A stretch of 64,000 nucleotides of DNA, taken from contig JBALDB010000020.1 in the NCBI GenBank assembly GCA_036918135.1, positions 32,001-96,000 on the forward strand, written 5' to 3'. Both the position numbers and the translations under genes were made by a program. The notes beneath the pieces were generated by a model. The model saw only the letters and a program-made list of their open reading frames with translations, searched no databases and had not been told where the DNA came from. Shown here one piece after another: positions 53,282-63,999 of this stretch. Position 1 is the first letter of the stretch; each line of letters opens with the position of its first letter. This DNA is from Nostoc sp. (GTDB lineage: Bacteria; Cyanobacteriota; Cyanobacteriia; Cyanobacteriales; Nostocaceae).

Positions 53282-54661
53282 TTAATCTTCAGTCTTCGAT
53301 GTATTGCTATTTGCTGCATGAAGAAGTGTTAAATCTGCTTTTAAAAAGTCGATAAACTGCCGTGCTGTGCGTCCAGAACGACCATTATGATGAGTTGCCC
53401 ACTGTAATGCTTGATACTCCAAATCTTCTTGGGTAATATTCATTTCAGCTTGTGCTGCTAGGTGGCGGACAATACTTAAGTAGGTTTTTTGATTGGCTGG
53501 TTCAAAAGTCAAGGTTAAACCAAAGCGATCGCTAAACGAAAGCTTCTCCTGCATCGTATCCCAAGCATGGATTTCATCGTTATCCTTGGGCGCTGGTCTA
53601 TCCACGAAAAACTCCCGAATCAAGTGACGACGATTAGAAGTAGCATATACAACTACATTTTGGGGTCTTGCAGTTAAATTACCTTCTAAAACTACCTTAA
53701 GTGCTTTAAAAGCATCATCATCTTCTTCAAATGAAAGGTCATCGACAAAAATAATAAATTTTTGTGACACTCCCCGTAAATATTCCACAATTTCTGGTAA
53801 ATCTTTTAAGTCAGATTTTGCAACTTCCAACAAACAAAGAGAGCGATCGCTATATTCATCTAACAAAGATTTCACTAAAGAAGATTTTCCCGAACCGCGA
53901 CTACCATAAAGTAATACATGCAGTGCTGCCTCTCCTGATAATAAAAACTCTGTATTTTTAAGCAAAGTATCTCGTTGAGACTCGTAACCTACAAGCGTGC
54001 TAAGTTTAACCGGATCGGGATATCGGATACCGATAAACTGTCCACCTTGCCAGCGGAAAGCACGATACTGGGCAAATAAACCAGAACCATATTGCCGATA
54101 ATAAGCTGCTAACTTCTCTACAGCATCACCCCAGTTATCTAACTCTTGGAGATATGCAGCAAATTTTATCTGTTTTCCTAACTTTTCTGATTCGTCATAC
54201 CACACTACTGGTGAAATTGGCATATGAGCAACAGTTTGTACCCACTCGCTCAAAGAAGCGCTGCTACATTCATAGAGACTTTGCAATATTTGTAAATCAT
54301 GCTGAACTGCTGCTACTAAAGCTGCGGGTATGTCCTCAAATTTCCGTTGTTGAGCAAGTTTTGTAAAGGGATTTTCACAAAAGAGAATTTGAGTAATTAT
54401 ATAATCTTCCCAGTTTTGATTTCTTGCAGCCAAAGCATAGAAATAACTGCCATAGGCTTGCAGACAACCGCGGGCATCGGCATCAATGTAACGTATAGCT
54501 TGCAATAGGTCAAGAAATGCTACCCCGACTTCGTCTTGGAGAACTGACTGGTACAGTAGAATTGACGCTGCTTGGCGTTGGAGATATTGAACTTTTGTAT
54601 GGGAGGAAGTACTTACCATTGGCATCGCTTGATTATTAATCAACTGAGTGATATAGCTCAA
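53282..54661 (-). CDS. DUF815 family AAA+ ATPase (true start may be 54643 or 54625)
   Basis: LLYGSRGSGKSS, FVDDLSFEE, YATSNRRHL, EKLSFSDRFGL, GRSGRTARQF. Confidence 0.9.
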   Translation of the reverse strand: MSYITQLINNQAMPMVSTSSHTKVQYLQRQAASILLYQSVLQDEVGVAFLDLLQAIRYIDADARGCLQAYGSYFYALAARNQNWEDYIITQILFCENPFTKLAQQRKFEDIPAALVAAVQHDLQILQSLYECSSASLSEWVQTVAHMPISPVVWYDESEKLGKQIKFAAYLQELDNWGDAVEKLAAYYRQYGSGLFAQYRAFRWQGGQFIGIRYPDPVKLSTLVGYESQRDTLLKNTEFLLSGEAALHVLLYGSRGSGKSSLVKSLLDEYSDRSLCLLEVAKSDLKDLPEIVEYLRGVSQKFIIFVDDLSFEEDDDAFKALKVVLEGNLTARPQNVVVYATSNRRHLIREFFVDRPAPKDNDEIHAWDTMQEKLSFSDRFGLTLTFEPANQKTYLSIVRHLAAQAEMNITQEDLEYQALQWATHHNGRSGRTARQFIDFLKADLTLLHAANSNTSKTED

Positions 54662-54723
54662 CAGCTATGGTAAATTGTCTGCTGACCATGGCAGCAAAAT
54701 CAAAATCTACATAGGTTTTAACA

Positions 54724-55044
54724 ATGAATTTAAGTATAATCGGTGCTTTTGCTTACGGCATATTGGCGATCGCTGGTGGCATCATTGGCTATATTCAAGC
54801 TAAAAGTCAGGTTTCGCTCCTCAGTGGCGGTATTAGCGGTTTATTACTAATTATTGCCGCTTATCTCCAACTCCAAGGACAAACTCTGGGTTTGATTTTT
54901 GCCGTGTTGATTACTGCTGTTTTAGTAGTATTCTTTATATTTAGACTAGCTAAAACGCGCAAGTTTATGCCTGCGGGATTGATGAGTGTTTTAGGTATAC
55001 TCACACTGGGTGTAATGGTGAATCAAATTGTCTCCATCAGGTAG
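54724..55044 (+). CDS. TMEM14 family small membrane protein
   Basis: GGIIGY..AKS..SL.SG, KFMPAGL. Confidence 0.88.
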   Translation: MNLSIIGAFAYGILAIAGGIIGYIQAKSQVSLLSGGISGLLLIIAAYLQLQGQTLGLIFAVLITAVLVVFFIFRLAKTRKFMPAGLMSVLGILTLGVMVNQIVSIR

Positions 55045-55283
55045 CATCAACCTTGAAGTCCCTAACCATCCTGCTGTTTTTGACATAGCATTACTCTCCC
55101 TGCTTTGAGTCCTTGTATTAGTACATTTATATTACAAGAGACTTGCTATCCTTGCCTAATATCTTCGAGTACTCTCAATAGAATCAGGTGTTGACTGATG
55201 ACTTGAGTCAACAGTCATCAGTCATCAACTTCAAACGAGATAATTTATTTCTCAGAGTTCCCTAAGTTGACTCAATTGCGATA

Positions 55284-56546
55284 TTACTCGCTCTTGGCTG
55301 TGCGGCTAAAAACTCGGTAGTATAGCCAAGTGCTAGTTTCCTTCAAGGGAAATAACAAATAAGTGAGAGGATTGATTGTCACAACAATATTTCGGAAATC
55401 TCGCCTTGCCAAAAACAAGATCATACGAGCAACCTGCTGTGCAGACATTACTCCATAAGGGTTAAGTTGACTCTTAAAGGGGCCAAGAATTAACTTGCGA
55501 ATTATACAATTCCCATCCAAGCGCTTGAGCGTAACAATATCTCCTAGCGCTCGTTTGCTGAGTTCGTAAAGGGGACTCAGTGCTGGTGACACCTCAGCCT
55601 CAGAAGTGTTAACCCAAATTTCCTTAGTTGCTTTGGCTTGCGGCCCTGTAACAGTCGTCAAAAATATATCCATCAACCGCAATGCAGAAAAGGTATTCAC
55701 TTCATAGGAAGAGTTGATGGCCTCTGGTGTGCGGCTGGTGTAGACGTTGACTCCGTGGTTGATAATTAAAATATCGATTTTCTGTAAACTCTCTTTTAGC
55801 TCGACTTCATTGCCCAATTGCCAAGGAATCACTTTTACCCCATTTTGCTGCTCTAATTTTTCTGGGTTTGTGGTTAATGCCACGACTTTAGCATTACACT
55901 TGACAAGTTCAGCCGTTAATGCTTGCCCTAAAGCTCCTGATGCTCCAGTTAAAGCCACGGTTTTACCCTTGAGAGATAGTCCTGTTCCTAATATTTTATC
56001 GACCAAGGGAAAGACACCACTGTAATAAGCGTTGACATCATCAAAATGATGCCGCCAATGATAAGACCGATTCACCCACCAAAGGGATGGAATTGTCTCT
56101 AAAGGCCCAGGTAGGTGATTGTAGTCTGTGTCAATTTTTCCCTGAAAATATCGTACAGACGCGCCATATAAGAAGGTGCAAGCATAAGCTACTCCCAGCC
56201 ATAACCCTATTTGCGGGACAATTAAGGCAATTAACGTTAATACGACTACTAGTAAGCTTGATTCTAAAACGTCGTGATAAAGCTGGGATTCTTGGTAAAT
56301 TTTTAAAGAAACGATCGATAAATCCCGGCGATAGGCCATGTGGTGCTTGTTGTGCCATTTAGCCAGCCAATTGACTTGGTGACACAATGCATGATAGCTG
56401 TCTCTTAAAACTTCGGCGAGTAAAAGTGAGAAAAGCCCCCAACTAGCAAACTGCAAGCAGGTGTTTACTAAAACCCAATTTATCTGTAATCTAGCCCCAA
56501 TCTCAATTAAGCTCTCTGCGAACATTTTTATCATGTTTGTTAACAC
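55284..56546 (-). CDS. Bifunctional sterol desaturase / short-chain dehydrogenase
   Basis: His boxes HALCH, HNKHH, HWRHH; SDR TGASGALG and YELSK. Confidence 0.88.
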   Translation of the reverse strand: MLTNMIKMFAESLIEIGARLQINWVLVNTCLQFASWGLFSLLLAEVLRDSYHALCHQVNWLAKWHNKHHMAYRRDLSIVSLKIYQESQLYHDVLESSLLVVVLTLIALIVPQIGLWLGVAYACTFLYGASVRYFQGKIDTDYNHLPGPLETIPSLWWVNRSYHWRHHFDDVNAYYSGVFPLVDKILGTGLSLKGKTVALTGASGALGQALTAELVKCNAKVVALTTNPEKLEQQNGVKVIPWQLGNEVELKESLQKIDILIINHGVNVYTSRTPEAINSSYEVNTFSALRLMDIFLTTVTGPQAKATKEIWVNTSEAEVSPALSPLYELSKRALGDIVTLKRLDGNCIIRKLILGPFKSQLNPYGVMSAQQVARMILFLARRDFRNIVVTINPLTYLLFPLKETSTWLYYRVFSRTAKSE

Positions 56547-56780
56547 TCGTTTTTCTTAATTATTCTTCACGAACCGACAAAGAAGGATTAAGGTCGAGTC
56601 TAGAGCAAACAAAAGTCAAAGGGAATAGGGGAGTGTGGGGAGTGGGAAGAGATTATAAAAAAGCTTCCCATCCTTCCCACCCCTCCTACCCCTGCCAATG
56701 CCCTATTGCCTGTGTAACTTGGAACGAATTAAATAATATTTGCCTCTTGATTAATAGCCTTTAACTGTCACCATTGATTC

Positions 56781-58127
56781 ATGACTCCAGTAGATATTCT
56801 CATTCTCTCCAACGGCCCAGGGGAAGTAAGCACCTGGGTGCGTCCAGTAGTGAAGGCATTGCGGCAAGAATTAGGGGATGACCGCTCTGTTGTGAGGATT
56901 TCTGTAGTTTTATCTCCCTGTCCTAATGCTACTGGTAAAGAAGCTGCGATCGCTCTTTCTTACCCAGAAGTAGACAGAGTTCAGTCAGCAGACCATTTTT
57001 GGCAATTTTTGCTTTGGGGCAAAACATTTGACAATTGGGAGTGGAGAAGTTGCGGTGTAGTCGTTTTCCTCGGTGGCGACCAAATTTTCCCTGTAGTCAT
57101 TGGCAAAAGATTAGGATATCGCACAGTTGTTTACGCTGAATGGGAAGCCCGATGGCATAACTCGATTGACCGCTTTGCAGTTATGAAACCTCAAGTTGCT
57201 GCCCGTGTTGCCCAAAAATATGCCCACAAATTCACTGTTGTGGGAGATTTGATGTTAGAAGCTAGTAGTCATTCGTCATTAGTCATTGGTCAAGAGTTAT
57301 TAACAAATGACAAAGCGCAAAGTCTCAGCCAAGGCTTCCTTGCATCAGAACTTGGCACCAGAGGACAAATGACAAATGACCAAGGACAAATAACTGACTT
57401 AATTGGTCTGTTACCAGGTTCAAAAGCGGCAAAATTAACCCAAGGAATACCTATAATGTTGGCTATTGCCGAACACATTCACGCCAACAGACCCGAAACC
57501 AAATTTGTAATTCCTGTGGCTCCAACGGTAGATTTACAAACCTTAGCTAGTTTTGGCGATTCCCAAAAAAACCCTTTTGTAGAAACTTTTGGTATTAGCA
57601 GTGTTTCCTTAATCATTCCAGAGGACGGAAAAAGTAAGGCATTATTTAAAACACAGACAGGTCTAACTGTAGAATTATGCCAAGAAAACCCTGCCTATGA
57701 CTTATTATCCCAGTGCTGCATCTGCCTGACTACAGTGGGAGCAAATACCGCTGAACTCGGTGCTTTAGGGGTGCCGATGATTGTTTTGCTACCTACCCAA
57801 CAATTAGATGCGATGCGCTCTTGGGATGGTTTACCAGGTTTATTGGCGAATTTACCAGGGGTAGGTTCCACCTTTGCTAAAGTGATTAACTGGCTATTCC
57901 TGAGACGCAAAGGTTTATTAGCATGGCCGAATATTTGGGCACAATCAGAAATCGTGCCAGAACTTGTAGGCAAACTCCAGCCAAAAGAAGTTGGAGAAAT
58001 GGTATTAGATTTTTTGGCTCATCCAGAAAAATTGGACGAGATTCGAGTTAAGCTACGTCGGGTTCGTGGCGAAAGCGGAGCAGCCCAGAAGATAGCAAAG
58101 ATTATTGCTGAGGAAATTGGCAACTAA
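56781..58127 (+). CDS. Lipid-A-disaccharide synthase (LpxB)-like protein
   Basis: SNGPGE, LLPGSK, TTVGANTAELGALGVPMIV, LAWPN; contains an in-frame repeat insertion. Confidence 0.8.
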   Translation: MTPVDILILSNGPGEVSTWVRPVVKALRQELGDDRSVVRISVVLSPCPNATGKEAAIALSYPEVDRVQSADHFWQFLLWGKTFDNWEWRSCGVVVFLGGDQIFPVVIGKRLGYRTVVYAEWEARWHNSIDRFAVMKPQVAARVAQKYAHKFTVVGDLMLEASSHSSLVIGQELLTNDKAQSLSQGFLASELGTRGQMTNDQGQITDLIGLLPGSKAAKLTQGIPIMLAIAEHIHANRPETKFVIPVAPTVDLQTLASFGDSQKNPFVETFGISSVSLIIPEDGKSKALFKTQTGLTVELCQENPAYDLLSQCCICLTTVGANTAELGALGVPMIVLLPTQQLDAMRSWDGLPGLLANLPGVGSTFAKVINWLFLRRKGLLAWPNIWAQSEIVPELVGKLQPKEVGEMVLDFLAHPEKLDEIRVKLRRVRGESGAAQKIAKIIAEEIGN

Positions 58128-58155
58128 GAAAAGATGGGGTCTCATCCTCTCTTAC

Positions 58156-58542
58156 TTAATCCAAAGACCCGCCATTGCGTCTTCCCAGTTCAAAAATGCC
58201 ACAACTAATACAAGCGAGTATACCTAAGCTGATTCCCCAGCTACGTCCTAAACTGATTTCTACACCCCAATTAAATAAAGCGCCAACTACCAAGAAAGGT
58301 ATAATACTAAACAGTGAGGCGTAAAAAGCGTTTTGGGATTCTCTAGCTTTACGAGTCTTTTCAAATTCTGACTGGCTGGTATAAAGCGATCGCTCTGCAA
58401 AGTTAAACCAGCGGTTGAGTTGCTCGATAACCCATTCACTGGTTTTGGAAAAACCTAGATATAACGCCAATGACCACAAACTCGCTCCAGCGATGGCGAT
58501 TGTGTCTAATTCAAAGCGGAAAGGTAAAATTTCAGTCAACAT
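58156..58542 (-). CDS. Conserved cyanobacterial membrane hypothetical protein
   Basis: MLTEILP start at 58542; LWSLALYLGFS, RESQNAFYAS, ELGRR. Confidence 0.75.
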   Translation of the reverse strand: MLTEILPFRFELDTIAIAGASLWSLALYLGFSKTSEWVIEQLNRWFNFAERSLYTSQSEFEKTRKARESQNAFYASLFSIIPFLVVGALFNWGVEISLGRSWGISLGILACISCGIFELGRRNGGSLD

Positions 58543-58964
58543 GTCTTGGGGGAGTCCTGCAAGGGTCAAGTTTAGCTTTTAGTAGATGCTAAATAAACCT
58601 CTTGTGCAATTTTAAGCATAAACGCTAACAATATTTCAACTGCTTTGCAACCTCTTACTGCTAAGCCTACTCCAGCTTTGTCAACTACCTTAGTGCATAA
58701 TTTTATAGTTTAAGATGACAAATAAATATCCCACTGTCAAGAGTCATCAGGAGCCAGTGCGTTGCATATTTTCTAAGAGTTGTTCGCGCAGGGTCTTAGT
58801 CAGGAAAAGCAACCGGCTCTCAACAGTCATCAACTTCAAACAGGATAATTTAAGACTGCTATATGCATTGATTCCAGACTAGTAACAAAAAGGATTATTT
58901 AACTTACTAATTATTTTGACTTAGAGAATTCTCAAATCTAAACTTTTCGGAAATAGTATGGGAA

Positions 58965-59068
58965 GTTGCTGATTAAAAATATGAAAGAACTTTACGCTTT
59001 TAAGAAAAACTAGCTGAGAGCTTTATCTCAATAAGTTTTTGTAATCGTTCACATTCAAAATCAGCAAC
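58965..59068. mobile_element. MITE-like element
   Basis: Terminal inverted repeats GTTGCTGATT ... AATCAGCAAC. Confidence 0.5.
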
Positions 59069-59081
59069 ACGAAAAATCAGT

Positions 59082-59212
59082 TAAGTAGAACGGTGTAAAG
59101 AAACCGAAGTATGTGACCAAAAGTAAAGTTACTTAAAAACCTCTTTCCTTCTGCCCTCTGCCTTCTACCTCCTGCCTTGTGATAACGACAATTTTTAACA
59201 CCGACCTACTTA
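59082..59212. mobile_element. MITE-like element with internal CTGCC(C/T)T heptamers
   Basis: TAAGTAGAACGGTGTAAA ... TTTAACACCGACCTACTTA; a matching end (TAAGTAGGTCGGT) recurs at ~60418. Confidence 0.6.
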
Positions 59213-59215
59213 GGA

Positions 59216-60328
59216 TTACGGTCTATCAGCTTTGACAGTTGTGGTGGTCAATAGAAGATGTCTTTCACCAAGACTATCAAATGCAGGTGTTGGCCAGCGA
59301 TCGACTACTTTACCTATAACTGACATTTCTTGAACCAAGCGGTCAAACTTTTCAGGTGTTAGAGACTGCGGCCCATCGGATAAAGCCTTAGCTGGATTGG
59401 GGTGAACTTCAATCATTAAGGCATCTGTACCAGCAGCGATCGCAGCCATTGCCATTGATGGAACGTACTCTGACCTACCTGTACCATGACTGGGATCGAT
59501 CATAATTGGTAAATGGGTGAGCGATCGCAACACCGGAAGCACCGATAAATCTAAAGTATTACGGGCATATTTGCTATCAAAGGTTCTAATTCCCCGTTCA
59601 CAAAAAATTACATTTGGATTTCCTGATGCCAAAATATATTCTGCTGCCATCAGCCATTCCTCGATTGTGGCAGACATTCCTCGCTTCAGCAGCACTGGCT
59701 TATCTTGAGCGCCTACTTTTTTGAGCAGCGAGAAATTGTGCATATTCCTAGCTCCGATTTGGATTATGTCAGCTACCCGCGCCACTGCTGGTAAATCCGC
59801 AGCATCCATGAGTTCTGTAATAATGCCCAAACCCGTAGCTTCACGAGCTGCTGCTAACAAATCTAAAGCGCTTTCACCATAACCCTGAAAAGCATAAGGT
59901 GAAGTGCGGGGTTTGTATGCTCCACCACGCAAAAACTTTGCTCCTGCTGCCTTCACACGCTTTGCTGTCTCAACAATCATCGCTTCATTTTCAACAGAAC
60001 AAGGCCCAGCTACGACTACGATGGGATGATGTTCTCCGAAATAGACATGACCGTTAGGTGTAGGTACAACAATCTCGCTGGCTTCTCCATGTCGGAATTC
60101 TCGGCTAACCCGCTTGAAAGGTTGTTGCACCCGTAATACTTGCTCAATCCAAGGGCTGAACTCTTGGACTTGCAATTTATCGATGATAGAAGTATCACCA
60201 ATTAGCCCCAGCACCACTTTATGAGTGCCGATGCTTTTTTCTACGGTGACTTTCCAAACCTCGCTCAGTTCTTGGCTGATGCGAGTAATTTCTTCAATGG
60301 GTGTAGCATTTTTCAGTACTATAATCAT
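59216..60328 (-). CDS. aroF: DAHP synthase (class I-beta), scytonemin-cluster copy (aroG/aroF)
   Basis: AGPCSVE, RGGAYKPRTSPY, IGARNM, KRG, ERGIRTF, DPSHGTG. Confidence 0.95.
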   Translation of the reverse strand: MIIVLKNATPIEEITRISQELSEVWKVTVEKSIGTHKVVLGLIGDTSIIDKLQVQEFSPWIEQVLRVQQPFKRVSREFRHGEASEIVVPTPNGHVYFGEHHPIVVVAGPCSVENEAMIVETAKRVKAAGAKFLRGGAYKPRTSPYAFQGYGESALDLLAAAREATGLGIITELMDAADLPAVARVADIIQIGARNMHNFSLLKKVGAQDKPVLLKRGMSATIEEWLMAAEYILASGNPNVIFCERGIRTFDSKYARNTLDLSVLPVLRSLTHLPIMIDPSHGTGRSEYVPSMAMAAIAAGTDALMIEVHPNPAKALSDGPQSLTPEKFDRLVQEMSVIGKVVDRWPTPAFDSLGERHLLLTTTTVKADRP

Positions 60329-60499
60329 CTGTTTTTCCTTCGGTATAATTTTGGATGAACATCACGACTCCTCTCCAAACCTTTAAGAGGATGTTTGAAA
60401 AGTCGTTTTATTGGTAGTAAGTAGGTCGGTAACTGTTCACTGTTCACTGTTGACCGTTGACTGTGAACAGTGGAATATTTTTTATTTGTTAGTCCCTTA

Positions 60500-60555
60500 A
60501 AAGTGCAGGTCAATGCATTAAGAGTGTAGGTCGATGCATTCAAAGTGCAGGTCAA
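60500..60555. repeat. 21-bp tandem repeat (~2.7 copies)
   Basis: AAAGTGCAGGTCAATGCATTA / AGAGTGTAGGTCGATGCATTC / AAAGTGCAGGTCAA. Confidence 0.7.
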
Positions 60556-60615
60556 GAGAATTGTGTGTAAACTGTAGGTTATGAAGCAAAGGGAAGCTAG
60601 ATGAGAGAGATTTGT

Positions 60616-61737
60616 CTAGCGTAGAAATTGTGCAAGTTGTTCTAGCTTTGTCCAAGCAGCACCGCTTTGGAGAATTTCTTTTGCAAGGGCAATACCTTTG
60701 ACATAACCTGTCAAAACATCAGTTTCTCCATCAATAGCTTTGCCTACTTGTAGTGCTAGGGCTGTATTTAAAGCAACTACATCTTGTTGTGCTTGAGTGC
60801 CTTTACCTTGCAGAACTGCCTTCAAGATTTCGGCATTTTGTTGGACATCTCCACCGTGCAACGCCGCAGTTGGTGCAAAATTCAAACCAAGTTCTTGAGG
60901 ATTGAGTGTTAAGCAATACATTTCCTTATCTTGGAGTATAGCCAAGTCAGTAACATCTGCCAAACCAGCCTCATCTAAACGTTCTCGTCCGTGGAGAGCG
61001 ATCGCTTGCTGACATCCCAATTGGGATAAAGCTTGAACAATCTCTTCAAGTAAAAGCGGGTCGTTGACACCAATAATTTGCCCTGTCGGTCGCATCGGAT
61101 TTACTAACGGGCCGAGCAAGTTAAAAATAGTCCGCACTTTCAAAGTTTGTCGCAAAGTGGCAACCGCCTTGAGTGCAGGATGCCATCCTGGGGCAAACAA
61201 AAAGGTGATTCCCACCTCACCCACCGCCGCTTGTACTTTTTCCTGAGTGGCATTGAGATTTATACCCAAAGCTTCCAAGACATCAGCAGAACCAGCCTTG
61301 CTAGATGCGGAACGATTGCCATGCTTAGCAACTTTTACCCCTGCGGCTGCGGCAACAAAAGCAACAGCAGTAGAAATATTAAAAGTTGAAGCACCATCTC
61401 CACCAGTTCCACAGGTGTCAATTAAAGGAGTTGGGGATTGAGTACTCGGTACTGGGGACTGGGAAAACTCTTGCCCAGTTTCTAGCCTTTGGGATTGCAA
61501 AACGCTGGCCATGCCTACTAATTCTTCGGCAGATACGCCTTTAGCTTGAATCGCAGCTAAAATTGCTCCTGATAGTACCTGGGGAATGGCATTTACTAGC
61601 CAACCTTGCATCAGATCCGCAGCTTGGGAAACCGTCAGCGATTGCCGATTTAGCAACTGTTGCAATAAAGCTGGCCAGTTGTAGAACTCAGAACCGATGG
61701 AGATGTTATCAGGTGGAATTTGAGTTAGAGCTATCAT
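60616..61737 (-). CDS. trpD: Anthranilate phosphoribosyltransferase
   Basis: [44 protein letters not shown]. Confidence 0.96.
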   Translation of the reverse strand: MIALTQIPPDNISIGSEFYNWPALLQQLLNRQSLTVSQAADLMQGWLVNAIPQVLSGAILAAIQAKGVSAEELVGMASVLQSQRLETGQEFSQSPVPSTQSPTPLIDTCGTGGDGASTFNISTAVAFVAAAAGVKVAKHGNRSASSKAGSADVLEALGINLNATQEKVQAAVGEVGITFLFAPGWHPALKAVATLRQTLKVRTIFNLLGPLVNPMRPTGQIIGVNDPLLLEEIVQALSQLGCQQAIALHGRERLDEAGLADVTDLAILQDKEMYCLTLNPQELGLNFAPTAALHGGDVQQNAEILKAVLQGKGTQAQQDVVALNTALALQVGKAIDGETDVLTGYVKGIALAKEILQSGAAWTKLEQLAQFLR

Positions 61738-61797
61738 ATTGGTTATTGGTCATTGTTCATTTGTCATTTGTCATTAGTAAAGGACAAGAACAGAAAA

Positions 61798-63039
61798 TTA
61801 AGCAATAAGGACTTTGGCGACGGTTTGCACATCTTTGTCACCTCTACCAGAGCAATTGATGACGATGTGGGGACTGCCTTCTAACTGAGGACAAAGAAAT
61901 TCTAGATAAGCGATCGCATGAGCTGTTTCTAAAGCCGGGATAATTCCTTCTAGTTGCGAAAGTCTCTGAAAAGCTTCTAAGGCTTGCTTATCGGTAACGC
62001 TGTAATATTCAGCGCGACCACGATCCTTTAAATAACTATGCTCAGGCCCGACACCGGGATAATCCAGTCCGGCACTAATCGAATGCGCTTCGATTACTTG
62101 CCCATCATCATCTTGCAGTAGATAACTCATCGCACCGTGCAATACACCTATTTTTCCTTTTGTCAAGGTAGCAGCGTGTTTTTCTGTATCTACACCTTCA
62201 CCAGCCGCCTCTACTCCAACTAGGCGCACAGTTGGTTCATTAACAAACTCATAGAACAAGCCGATTGCATTGGAACCTCCACCCACACAAGCCAGTAAAA
62301 TATCTGGTAGCCCTCCCCATTTTTCCTGGCATTGAGCGCGAGTTTCTACCCCAATTACAGCATGGAAGTCACGTACAATCATCGGGTAGGGATGCGGGCC
62401 TGCAACAGAACCCAGGATGTAATGGGTTGTTTCTACGTTTGTCACCCAATCCCGAATTGCCTCGGAAGTTGCATCCTTGAGGGTTCCCGTTCCTGCTTCC
62501 ACTGGGCGCACTTCTGCCCCCATCAACTTCATCCGAAACACGTTGAGGGCTTGGCGTTCCATATCTTGGACGCCCATGTAAATCACGCATTTCAAACCAA
62601 ACCTCGCGCATACAGTTGCAGTTGCAACTCCGTGCTGACCCGCACCTGTTTCTGCGATAATCCGTTGCTTGCCCATGCGTTTAGCGAGTAAAACTTGAGC
62701 CAAAGCATTATTGATTTTGTGAGCGCCTGTATGATTTAAATCTTCACGCTTTAAATAGATTTGCGGCCCCGTGCCATCTGGTCTAGCGTAGTTTGTTGTC
62801 AGGCGTTCAGCAAAATATAATGGGCTGGGTCGTCCTACATAATCACGCATTAAGTTTTGCAATTCTGCTTGGAAACTCGGCTCATTGCAATATTGATGAT
62901 ATGCGGTTTCTAACTCACTTAATGCAGGCATTAAGGTTTCGGGGACATACTTACCACCGAATTGTCCAAACCTGCCTAAAAGGTCAGGTAGCACTGTCAT
63001 AGGTGAAATCGTAGTGTTGATATCTTGTGTGCTTACCAT
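61798..63039 (-). CDS. trpB: Tryptophan synthase beta chain
   Basis: [43 protein letters not shown]. Confidence 0.97.
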   Translation of the reverse strand: MVSTQDINTTISPMTVLPDLLGRFGQFGGKYVPETLMPALSELETAYHQYCNEPSFQAELQNLMRDYVGRPSPLYFAERLTTNYARPDGTGPQIYLKREDLNHTGAHKINNALAQVLLAKRMGKQRIIAETGAGQHGVATATVCARFGLKCVIYMGVQDMERQALNVFRMKLMGAEVRPVEAGTGTLKDATSEAIRDWVTNVETTHYILGSVAGPHPYPMIVRDFHAVIGVETRAQCQEKWGGLPDILLACVGGGSNAIGLFYEFVNEPTVRLVGVEAAGEGVDTEKHAATLTKGKIGVLHGAMSYLLQDDDGQVIEAHSISAGLDYPGVGPEHSYLKDRGRAEYYSVTDKQALEAFQRLSQLEGIIPALETAHAIAYLEFLCPQLEGSPHIVINCSGRGDKDVQTVAKVLIA

Positions 63040-63078
63040 AGTCGAAAATCCTTTGATTTCAAGTTTTTTACTTTCGTT

Positions 63079-63999
63079 CTAACTTTTTTGCTTTTGATTT
63101 TTAGAGGTTTCGTAGGTATAGCCGAGTTTTCTGTAATTCAAAACGTCTATAGGCCGCACCAAATCGTCAGAGTCAAATTTTGGTAATAGGGGTACTAAAT
63201 TTCCTAACGCCGTAGCTTTGGGTGTAGACATACCACCGTCCCAAGGCCACATTAGGTCTTTAAGATTGTGCCCATAAGGTTGACCGTTAGCAGGATAAAA
63301 ATTGCTACCTTGATGACCGTTGTCTTGCCATTCAGCCCAGAGGCGATCTACATTGGCATGATGCAACCAAAACACAGGGTCATAAGGCGAACTCGGTATA
63401 TTGCCCATCGTACCCAGACCCTTAAAGGTTATGGGTGTGGTACTCGCGTCTATCTGCACGCCACCGACTAAGCCATGAATGTAGTTGTGTAGGAATCCTC
63501 CGGGCGTGACTTTACCTTGCTCATCTACAGAGATAAATCCTTCTAAAGCAGGGCGAAATAGAGAATAGTTATTAAGAGTAAGGACACGCTGAATATCTTT
63601 TTTGGGCACAGGATAATCGCTGGCAGGAGGTACTCGCAGAAAGCGTACAAGTGATGTGCCTAAGGATGTTCCGGTATCTGGGTCAATGTTTAATCCTGTA
63701 TTCATAACCCAGCCATTTGCCGCAGCAAAAGCCCCAGACTGTACAGGGCCGCCTGTAAAGTTTCCCTGGTTTGGAATTTTAATGGTTACTCCTTGACCGT
63801 TAGAACCAAGAAAGTCATCGTTAAAAATCACATCGAGTGCTTTAGCGTCAGTCCAATCCCAGTAGGGGAGACTAACAGTTGGATCTACTGCTTGCAGGGC
63901 TTGTTCAAATCTGCGGATATATTCTCGATGCCAAGGGAAAAATGCGGCATTTTCATGAGCAAGTTCTTGAACGGAACCATTAGAATGCCCTTTATGGTT
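63079..63999 (-). CDS. tyrP: Tyrosinase (5'-truncated by window), scytonemin-cluster TyrP
   Basis: Frame stays open to the window edge: AHENAAFFPWHR (CuA), LPYWDW, LHNYIH and DPVFWLHHANVDRLW (CuB). Confidence 0.9.
   Translation of the reverse strand, partial: NHKGHSNGSVQELAHENAAFFPWHREYIRRFEQALQAVDPTVSLPYWDWTDAKALDVIFNDDFLGSNGQGVTIKIPNQGNFTGGPVQSGAFAAANGWVMNTGLNIDPDTGTSLGTSLVRFLRVPPASDYPVPKKDIQRVLTLNNYSLFRPALEGFISVDEQGKVTPGGFLHNYIHGLVGGVQIDASTTPITFKGLGTMGNIPSSPYDPVFWLHHANVDRLWAEWQDNGHQGSNFYPANGQPYGHNLKDLMWPWDGGMSTPKATALGNLVPLLPKFDSDDLVRPIDVLNYRKLGYTYETSKNQKQKS

Noticed and set aside
60325..60555. 76-aa ORF between trpD and aroG as leader peptide or RiPP precursor
   Set aside because: Made almost entirely of 21-nt and 7-nt repeats and MITE ends; no Trp-codon attenuator pattern.
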